22,211 nt of DNA from Candidatus Hermodarchaeota archaeon (GTDB taxonomy: Archaea; Asgardarchaeota; Lokiarchaeia; Sigyniarchaeales; SOKP01). Both the position numbers and the translations under genes were made by a program. The stretch spans positions 1 to 22,211 of the forward strand of contig JBHLLP010000054.1 of assembly GCA_048885525.1 (NCBI GenBank). The letters are read 5' to 3'. The notes beneath the pieces are model-generated. The model was not told the DNA's origin and ran no database searches. It saw only the letters and a program-made list of their open reading frames with translations. Shown piece by piece: positions 15,019-22,211 of this stretch. Position 1 is the first letter of the stretch; each line of letters opens with the position of its first letter.

Positions 15019-15942
15019 TTAAATTTTTTCATTATTGCTCAAAGGATGCATTTGAGAATAAGATTCTTTTAGCCTAGTTATATCGTTTTTCGCATAAATT
15101 CGGGTAGTACTTGGGCTTGAATGACCTAAAATATCTTGTAGTTCGCTAATATCCATACCTGATCGTCTTAGATGTGTTGCTCCTGTGTGTCTTAGAATGT
15201 GCGGGGTAATAATTTTAGAATCTGCAAATCCACATTTCTCTTTAATTGTTTTTATGTCTGTTTGAACAACACGAGGACTTAACTTTTGGTTCCTTGTATT
15301 TACCAATAGATAATCTTCAGACTCGTAGTTTATCCTATTTTTAAGATGTTCTTTAAAAATTTCTAATGTTTTCTGATCAACAGGTACAATTCGTTCCTTA
15401 TTTCCTTTTCCTCGGAGTCTTACATAACCTCTCTCAAAATCTATATCTCTAATTCTTATATTACACAGCTCACTTACTCTGGCCATCGTCGAATATAATA
15501 ATCTAATAATTAAATAATATCGGCTACTTTTTCGAGAGTTAAATAATTGTCGATCCTTTAATTTATTAAAAATTACTTCTATATCAGCTATTCTTAAAAA
15601 CTTGGGTAGACTCTCTTCAAGCTTTATCTTCGGTGTTTTAATTGTACTCATAGGATCTTTTTCCATAAACTCATTTAAAGTTAGAAATTTAAAATATGAA
15701 CGCAGTGAAGCAATTTTTCTCCCTATCCCTTTTTTTGTATAGTTCATCTCATTTAGTTTTTTAAGAAAGTAACGTATTTTTTGGCGTAGTAGGGGAGAAT
15801 TGATTTGTATATCCCCTACTAGTTCAATAAACTTTTGAAGATCATAACGATATGCCTTAATAGTGGAGGAAGCACATCCTTCTTCAATAGATTTTGAGGC
15901 TAAAAAGTCTTCTATAAAATCAGAAATTTTATAGTTTTCCAT
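15019..15942 (-). CDS. xerA: Xer-type tyrosine recombinase (XerA/XerC-like)
   Basis: 307 aa with an N-terminal core-binding domain (STIKAYRYDL...RKIASLRSYFKFL) and a complete catalytic set: ARVSEL (R), GKGNKER (K), TPHILRHT (HxxR), LGH, TTRIY (Y). Confidence 0.88.
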   Translation of the reverse strand: MENYKISDFIEDFLASKSIEEGCASSTIKAYRYDLQKFIELVGDIQINSPLLRQKIRYFLKKLNEMNYTKKGIGRKIASLRSYFKFLTLNEFMEKDPMSTIKTPKIKLEESLPKFLRIADIEVIFNKLKDRQLFNSRKSSRYYLIIRLLYSTMARVSELCNIRIRDIDFERGYVRLRGKGNKERIVPVDQKTLEIFKEHLKNRINYESEDYLLVNTRNQKLSPRVVQTDIKTIKEKCGFADSKIITPHILRHTGATHLRRSGMDISELQDILGHSSPSTTRIYAKNDITRLKESYSQMHPLSNNEKI

Positions 15943-16011
15943 ATTATATGGAAATTCTCTAGATAATACTAAATACGGTGTAATATGTAGGTATATATCT
16001 CATTAAAGCAT

Positions 16012-16956
16012 TTATTTTGATAATCCTTCTCCATACCAGCCTTTTTTGATAAAGAGATATGCATTCATAGCAGCTGTGGTTGCTTCACCAGTAGCAGTGG
16101 TTACTTGTCGTATTCCACCTGTTACATCTCCAGCTGCATATATACCTGGAAAGTTAGTTTGTTGATTTTTATCAACTTTAATATAGTTATCCGCATCAAG
16201 TTCGATCCCAACCTTCTTTGCTAAATCACTCTGTGGCTCGACTCCGATTGCAATGAAGAGAGCATTCACATTTATATTATTTACTTCCCCAGTTTCAAGA
16301 TTTTTAACTTTTAGTTCTGCTAATTTACTATCTTTAGGTATAGCTTCTTCAACAATACAATTATACATTGGAACAACATTCGGTAATGAATCAACCTCAT
16401 CAGCAATACATGCTTCTGCTCGCATACAGTGGCGTCTATGAATAAGATAAACCTTCTTTGCTACACCTGAAAGATAAATTACCTCTAAACCCGCTGCATT
16501 ACTACCACCAACAGTGGCAACTACTTGATCTCGGAATAACGGACCATCACATGTAGCACAATAAGATATCCCATTGCCTACTAAATCAAATTCATTGGGT
16601 AATCCAAGTGTTAGATGTTTAGATCCAGTTGCAATTATTATAGCCTTGGCTTTAATGTTACCTCCATAGGTAGTCACTGTCATTTCTTTTGGATTGATAC
16701 TAGAAACTTCTTCAAAAAAGAAAGAAGTCCCATATTTTTCAGCCTGTTGCCTCATTTTTTCGGTTAATTCAAGACCATTTATACTTTCAAATCCGGGATA
16801 ATTCTCAATCTTGGGCGCGGTTCCAGCTAAACCACCAAATCCCTTACATTCGTAAAGTGCGGTTCTTAAACCCATTCTTCCCCCATAAATCGCAGCAGTT
16901 AAACCTGCCGGTCCACCACCTATGATGATAAGATCAAATTCATTTTTATCAGACAA
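16012..16956 (-). CDS. trxB: Thioredoxin-disulfide reductase (low-molecular-weight type)
   Basis: IIGGGPAGLTAAIY, IENYPGF, IIATGS, SYCATCDGP (CxxC at 16560-16549), VGGSNAA, IHRR, GIYAAGDV. TTG start with GGGGA upstream. Confidence 0.93.
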   Translation of the reverse strand: MSDKNEFDLIIIGGGPAGLTAAIYGGRMGLRTALYECKGFGGLAGTAPKIENYPGFESINGLELTEKMRQQAEKYGTSFFFEEVSSINPKEMTVTTYGGNIKAKAIIIATGSKHLTLGLPNEFDLVGNGISYCATCDGPLFRDQVVATVGGSNAAGLEVIYLSGVAKKVYLIHRRHCMRAEACIADEVDSLPNVVPMYNCIVEEAIPKDSKLAELKVKNLETGEVNNINVNALFIAIGVEPQSDLAKKVGIELDADNYIKVDKNQQTNFPGIYAAGDVTGGIRQVTTATGEATTAAMNAYLFIKKGWYGEGLSK

Positions 16957-17049
16957 CTTTAATCCCCATTACAATGTAATTTCATTTAGATATACTAATT
17001 GTAATCTTAAAAAAGGTATAAATTTTTTTCAATTTTCTTTTTGGTTAAT

Positions 17050-17994
17050 CTATTCCTTCTTTAATTGGCGAAGATATTTGCATGCATTTATCCCAGCTCG
17101 AGCACCTTCGGCTGTAGCAAAAACTACTTGAAAAAGTCCACCAGTACAATCTCCGGCAGCATATACGCCTTTTAGATTTGTTTTTTGCTCTTCATCCACT
17201 TTAATATTTCCCATATCATCTAATTCTACTCCAGCTTTTTTGAAAATTGAATTAGAAGATATATGAGATAAAATAAATAAACAACTTAATTCAAATTCCT
17301 TGATTTCTTCGGATTCATCTAATTGAGATTTAATTGATTTACATTTTATTTTTTCAATCATACCATCAGAATTCGGAACTGCTTCAATAACTTCCATATT
17401 TTCAAAAATTTCAATTCCCACTTCTTTAACTTGATAAATCTTTTCGGGTAATTTTTCAATTCCAACATCAGTAATTATTCGTACAATACATCCCATTTGC
17501 TGAAGAGCTAAAGCATCTTCTACCATTTCTTCATCCTTACCAAATAAATAGATAACCTTATCCTTATATAATGGACCATCACTTAGTGCACTATATGAAA
17601 CACCAAATCCAAGTAAAATATCCTCTCCCTTTATTATTTCTTTTCGTGTACCTCTACCAGTTGCAATAATAACAACATCAGAAGTTATGTTAGCTGTTCT
17701 GGTTGATGTCCTATTTATGCCCATTCCCAGCATCAATGAGATTACATCACCCTTGATAATTCTAATGTTTTCTGAATAACTTTCAGTATGAGCTCTAAAT
17801 TTCTCTAATAGATGTTTTCCTTTAATATCAATTTCTCCAGGCCAATTTTGAATTTCTTTTGATCTTGCTAGACCAGATAACTCTTTTCCATCGAGAATTA
17901 TAACGTCTCTATTTGCTCGAGCACAATAGATACCTGCACTTAATCCTGCTGGACCACTACCAATAATCAATATTTCACATTTAAACTCGTCCAA
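17050..17994 (-). CDS. Thioredoxin reductase-like flavoprotein lacking the redox CxxC (SxxS) and the NADPH-binding motifs
   Basis: FAD motifs are intact (IIGSGPAGLSAGIY, IQNWPG, IIATGR, GVYAAGDC), but SYSALSDGP replaces SYCxxCDG and FGKDEEMVEDA replaces VGGGxxAxExA. TTG start with GGAGAGG upstream. Confidence 0.85.
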   Translation of the reverse strand: MDEFKCEILIIGSGPAGLSAGIYCARANRDVIILDGKELSGLARSKEIQNWPGEIDIKGKHLLEKFRAHTESYSENIRIIKGDVISLMLGMGINRTSTRTANITSDVVIIATGRGTRKEIIKGEDILLGFGVSYSALSDGPLYKDKVIYLFGKDEEMVEDALALQQMGCIVRIITDVGIEKLPEKIYQVKEVGIEIFENMEVIEAVPNSDGMIEKIKCKSIKSQLDESEEIKEFELSCLFILSHISSNSIFKKAGVELDDMGNIKVDEEQKTNLKGVYAAGDCTGGLFQVVFATAEGARAGINACKYLRQLKKE

Positions 17995-18045
17995 TCTTTT
18001 AACCTCTCCGAATAAAATTCTTTAATCCTTATAATCATGGATTCT

Positions 18046-19140
18046 TTATTCTTTCTTTAACGCCCAAAAATAGGTTCCTCGCTCTCTAATAAATTCAGCA
18101 TGTTTAAATGGTGTTGAGTCAATAAATTCCTTGAAAGTTTTTTCATTATAAAATTTAGCAAATTTTGTTTCAAGAAGTTTATGCATTATGTCAAAAAGCT
18201 GAAATCCTTTTGTAGGAGAAAAAGTATCGGGAATCATTGTTTCTCCCACGATTAATAAACCATCATCCTTCAACAAAGAATATAAGTCTCTGAGAACACC
18301 TCTTCTATATTCTTCATCATGGTCCATTTCATGGAGAACGTGATTTAGTAATATTAAATCAAATTTTTCATTGCTACTTTTAGCAAATTCATCAATTGGC
18401 AAATCGAAAATATCAACTCTATCGTTCAATTTATGTTGTTCTATTAAATTTTTTGTATAAGCAATAGCTCGAGAGTCGATATCTATTCCAACAAATTGCG
18501 CTCTTTTATATTTTTCTGCCCAATTCTTTAGATTGAACCCATAACCACATCCAACCTCTAAAATCTTGCCTTGTTTTCGCACCTTTCTATACATATCCTT
18601 AAAACTTTTTGAAAATAATCCCTCAATTATGTTTCCCCAATTGGCGCTATTTTTATGTCCATCAATGTAAAATTCCTCTGATATTTCACTATCTTCAATT
18701 TGTTTCCCTGTTTTGAAATGTTCTATTATGAGATCCTGATATGGTGCAAATTTGTAAAATAGACTCATTATAGAACCAACATAGAACATGTGATCTTCAT
18801 TAATTAACAAATTATACACATGAGGTGCAGTAATTAAAGTTCTTTCTTCGGCATTTTCAATTTCAAAAATGCCACATTCGATTGCTAAATGAATCAATGA
18901 ATCTACATAATCTGCATCTAAACTGAGATTTTCAGTAAGTTCATCTGGAGTAAATGATATTGAAGAAATTGGTCCAGACTCGGACAGTCTTTTACCCTTT
19001 TCATAAAAGTAATCTAATATCCCTAATTTCTTCCCTAAACCATAAATTAAGATTGTATTAAAGCCATAAAATCCTTTAATTAGAAATTTTTTCATCTGAT
19101 CTTGAACAGTTATTTCTTTTTCATCTTGATTTTGAGACAT
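18046..19140 (-). CDS. Class I SAM-dependent methyltransferase with an N-terminal winged-helix-like domain
   Basis: ILEVGCGYG, FVGIDID, FDLILLNHVLHEM, LLKDDGLLIVGE. SD-like GTGAGGG upstream. Confidence 0.9.
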   Translation of the reverse strand: MSQNQDEKEITVQDQMKKFLIKGFYGFNTILIYGLGKKLGILDYFYEKGKRLSESGPISSISFTPDELTENLSLDADYVDSLIHLAIECGIFEIENAEERTLITAPHVYNLLINEDHMFYVGSIMSLFYKFAPYQDLIIEHFKTGKQIEDSEISEEFYIDGHKNSANWGNIIEGLFSKSFKDMYRKVRKQGKILEVGCGYGFNLKNWAEKYKRAQFVGIDIDSRAIAYTKNLIEQHKLNDRVDIFDLPIDEFAKSSNEKFDLILLNHVLHEMDHDEEYRRGVLRDLYSLLKDDGLLIVGETMIPDTFSPTKGFQLFDIMHKLLETKFAKFYNEKTFKEFIDSTPFKHAEFIRERGTYFWALKKE

Positions 19141-19282
19141 ACTCAGATTTCCCTCACACTTCTTTTAATTTTTTTATAATATTAGTTAAGTAATTCAATT
19201 TATAATGTTTTAGTATTTTTGATAATAAATTGCTTTATTATAAAAAATAAGCAGGATAAATAAGGTGATTAAAATTTATGTT

Positions 19283-20215
19283 CTAAGTGAAAAAATAGAA
19301 TACTAAAGAAATTAATCCCAAAAAAATCATGGTTGCTCCCATTCCTCTTCCCATTGCTTTTGCTGAAAGCTTTTGCACATAATTAGAGATAATAAAACCT
19401 GTCAAAAACGAGCCAATACCAAGATAGAGGATGAACTCCCAGTTAAAATATAATTTACCTTCAAGATTATAACCAATTATTTGATACATGCTAAATGTGA
19501 AAATGCACATAATAAGGCTTAAAATTAAAGCAGTTCCTACACTTTTCTTTAAAGGGTAACCATATAATATAATTAAAACTAGTGTTATGATGAAGCCTGA
19601 ATTCGCACCAAACATGCCAGAATTAAAGCCAACGATTATTCCTAAAATTATTGCTAATAAAAAGAATAACTTTGAATTAGGTTTAATTACACTTTCAATA
19701 TTATCACTCTCAGTACCTTGCATAACTTTTGAATTTATTGGAATTTTCTCAATATCTTCTAATCTCATCTCCTCCCTCTTACGCATTAAAAATCGTTGAG
19801 AAATTTTATGAACAGTTTCTTTCACACTATCAGAAGTAGGAAAACCTTTAGAAATAATTGTAGTTCCTAAGAAGATAATAAACACAGGTAAAAACCATCC
19901 AAAAATAGCGCTTAGAGGAGTCATTATCAATATAACTACTCCAAAAAACGATGCAATTAAAGCTATTACCATCAGTATAAGAATATTCTTACTAAGATAA
20001 AATTGCTTCTTCCTTACATAATTAATTGCTACAGAAGTCGCTGCTATAAAATCATTTAAAAGATTCACAGTTATGGCTAAGAGAACATCTCCCGTAATTA
20101 AAAGAATTAAAGGAACAACAACACCTTGTCCTGTTTGTCCTACAAAACACATGCTTATTCCAACAAGTGCACCAATAAAAATACACAGAATTATTTGATA
20201 AATTTCTAAAGCCAA
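19283..20215 (-). CDS. Sulfite exporter TauE/SafE (TSUP) family membrane protein
   Basis: About 8 hydrophobic segments in two repeats (GISMCFVGQTGQGVVVP; GFNSGMFGANSGFII...PLKKSVGTAL). TTG start. Confidence 0.85.
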   Translation of the reverse strand: MALEIYQIILCIFIGALVGISMCFVGQTGQGVVVPLILLITGDVLLAITVNLLNDFIAATSVAINYVRKKQFYLSKNILILMVIALIASFFGVVILIMTPLSAIFGWFLPVFIIFLGTTIISKGFPTSDSVKETVHKISQRFLMRKREEMRLEDIEKIPINSKVMQGTESDNIESVIKPNSKLFFLLAIILGIIVGFNSGMFGANSGFIITLVLIILYGYPLKKSVGTALILSLIMCIFTFSMYQIIGYNLEGKLYFNWEFILYLGIGSFLTGFIISNYVQKLSAKAMGRGMGATMIFLGLISLVFYFFT

Positions 20216-20393
20216 GAATAATCAAACCTATGCTCGATTATATATTTACTTTGATCGACTAATTAAATATCATTTCATTTTATAATCTTTTGAAACCATT
20301 CTTTAATATTCTGAGAAACTATGAAGATTTTAATTTAAAATATAAAAAATTAAGAAAAAAATAAAAAAATCATAAAATTTGTTAAAAAAATTA

Positions 20394-22211
20394 TTATCTT
20401 GTACTTTGAATAAAAAGCTGTTCCCTTTTTTGTTCTTTTTCCCATTTTTTGCGTTCTGAACGGAGTTTAAATAAATCTATATCTTTAAAGATCAAACCTT
20501 CCTCTTTGGCAGGTATAATTCGCTCAGTTCGGTCCTTTTCCGGAGTATAGATTAGAGATTCTCCATATTCACCAATATTGGCAAAAAAAGAATATGCATA
20601 TATAGATCTACGTGCATCAAAATGGGCTGCTTTAAAGTCAGCTGTAACTGGTGTAAAGGCGGGATTAAGGATTATATCAATAGGGGGCTCAAAATTTTTT
20701 AACTCTACTCTTAAATCCATATCAAGGAAATCCCGGCAAATTATAATAACTATTCTACCATATTCTGTATTACAAATGGTTGTTCTTCGAGGTAAACTGC
20801 TGACTTCTATTCCTTCTTTAAAGCGGTCTCCTTCTTCCATACTAATAATAGCAGGAATATGCTTTTCTTGTTCCCAGAGAATTCCTTCAGGTCCAAAAAC
20901 CATGCTAATATTTCGTCGTGTTTCTTGGTCATGAAACGATCCTGGAACGACATAAATGTTATATAATTTGGACATATTTGATATTTCTTCAAATAACTCT
21001 CTATAGCTAAGGTCAATAGACATTTCAGGAAAGAGTAAGATGTTTATCTCCTTATCGTGCGCTTTTTCAATCATATTTTTGAATTTAGATCTTATTTCTT
21101 CAATTTTATTCTCTTTAACTCTTATAAGTCCTGAAGATTTTGTATCGAATAGTTCTTTCATGATATCTCCGGTTTCAGATACACCTATTTGAGCAATACC
21201 AACTCTACACTCTCTTTTTTGTACTTTAGGATATTCTTTAAACAGATCTCTATAGACTAATTGATATTTCTTCCTTTCCATTCTCTCTATCGCTACACGT
21301 TTTTCTTCATCGCTAAACTGACGAGCTTCACTTAATCGAGGAGATTGGCTACTTTCAAGTGGACAAGAAGGAGCAACTATACCCATGGTACTTCGGGAGA
21401 TTGAGGGTTCTTTTATCGTGCTTAAAGCGGAAAAAAGTATTGATTCTTCCTTCTCAACCCTATTCAATCGATCTTGAACTTCTTTCTCCTTATCTTTATA
21501 CCCCGCTTTTCCAAATAATTCTACAGCAGATTTTAAATATTTCGCACCTATTCCTAGAAAATTTCCTTTTTCTTGAAGATCTGTTTCTTCATCTGCTCTA
21601 ATTAGGTGCCATGCTGCGTCAAAATATATTGAAGTCGCTTGAGCCCAGTCAGCTCCGCTTTCAAAACCTCCTTTTTCATATAAAGTAGCGGCTTTACTGA
21701 GTGTTAACTTAACTTTCGGATATAATTCTTTTTTGATATTCATCTCAATGGATTCATCGAATTTAGAGCCATATTCAAGAGCTTGGCAAAAAGTTGAATT
21801 CCCAGAAGCTAATAATTTTAACTTTGCATCGGTGAAAAGATCACTGGCTTTTGCAAACAATCCGGCTGCTTCGGAAAATCTGTACGGATCTTCATATTTT
21901 TCAGCAAGTTCCATATTTTCCCAAGCTCTACACAGATAATATACAGCTTCTAATTCCTCTCGTTCTCGTTTAATTTTAAATAAAATACATATATCTCTGA
22001 ATTGAGATGATGCTAGTGCAAATTTTTCTGCAGCAGCAGTATGTTCACCTTCTTTTCCTAGTATCCTTGCTTCTTCAAGGTTTATTCTAGCATTACAATG
22101 ATTCACTCTTACTTGAGCTATTTTTTCAAACTTATTTATTCTCTCTTTTTCAAATTTTTCTCTTGATTTCTGATGGGATTTTATTAATGTTCCAATTGCT
22201 TTTTCAAAGAT
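20394..22211 (-). CDS. Alpha-helical (TPR-like) repeat protein fused to a C-terminal carbon-nitrogen hydrolase (nitrilase-family) domain; 5'-truncated
   Basis: The frame is open from the window end (IFEKAIGTLIKSHQKSREKFEKERINKFEKIAQVR precedes the GTG at 22106), so the start lies outside the window. Ala/Glu-rich helical repeats are followed by RVGIAQI, LLFPEMS (E), EQEKHIP (K), IICRDF (C), IILNPAF and FANI. Confidence 0.82.
   Translation of the reverse strand: MFEKAIGTLIKSHQKSREKFEKERINKFEKIAQVRVNHCNARINLEEARILGKEGEHTAAAEKFALASSQFRDICILFKIKREREELEAVYYLCRAWENMELAEKYEDPYRFSEAAGLFAKASDLFTDAKLKLLASGNSTFCQALEYGSKFDESIEMNIKKELYPKVKLTLSKAATLYEKGGFESGADWAQATSIYFDAAWHLIRADEETDLQEKGNFLGIGAKYLKSAVELFGKAGYKDKEKEVQDRLNRVEKEESILFSALSTIKEPSISRSTMGIVAPSCPLESSQSPRLSEARQFSDEEKRVAIERMERKKYQLVYRDLFKEYPKVQKRECRVGIAQIGVSETGDIMKELFDTKSSGLIRVKENKIEEIRSKFKNMIEKAHDKEINILLFPEMSIDLSYRELFEEISNMSKLYNIYVVPGSFHDQETRRNISMVFGPEGILWEQEKHIPAIISMEEGDRFKEGIEVSSLPRRTTICNTEYGRIVIIICRDFLDMDLRVELKNFEPPIDIILNPAFTPVTADFKAAHFDARRSIYAYSFFANIGEYGESLIYTPEKDRTERIIPAKEEGLIFKDIDLFKLRSERKKWEKEQKREQLFIQSTR

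Noticed and set aside
15019-15942. Recombinase as a provirus or island integrase
   Set aside because: Size and motifs are Xer-like, the flanking genes are housekeeping, and I saw no tRNA target, att repeats or viral genes.
1841-21939. Short overlapping ORFs in the track (1841-2050, 5864-6094, 7763-7987, 11915-12133, 12111-12296, 16253-16441, 16922-17131, 19587-19799, 20578-20934, 20807-21016, 21359-21601, 21733-21939)
   Set aside because: All lie antisense to, or out of frame within, well-supported genes and show no recognisable motifs; they are shadow ORFs.
1-22211. CRISPR arrays, tRNA/rRNA genes, IS elements
   Set aside because: I saw no regularly spaced repeats, no GC-rich structured RNA-like segment other than the purA insert, and no transposase.

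Overview
AT-rich chromosomal window with archaeal gene content (Orc1/Cdc6, XerA-like recombinase, DUF47/PiT pair, frequent TTG starts). The gene repertoire and protein architectures suggest an Asgard archaeon (Lokiarchaeia-like); this is an inference, not a database result. It holds 16 conventional CDSs, two of them truncated by the window edges, plus one candidate small ORF. The main finding is that purA (adenylosuccinate synthetase) is interrupted inside the codon for its catalytic Asp (WG-D-EGKG) by a 31-nt insert at 8745-8775. The insert has stops in all three frames and folds with the flanking exons into a bulge-helix-bulge-type motif whose predicted cut sites fall exactly at the boundaries that restore the protein. 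It therefore looks like a tRNA-type, endonuclease-spliced intron in a metabolic mRNA. Other points of interest are a very large Toll-like-receptor-style membrane protein (tandem solute-binding domains, beta-helix, one TM helix, coiled coil, winged helix, TIR), a dif-like 11-6-11 site and an unannotated 46-codon ORF between cdc6 and xerA, a thioredoxin-reductase paralog with CxxC changed to SxxS, an IFT52-like GIFT-domain protein, and a helical-repeat/nitrilase fusion.
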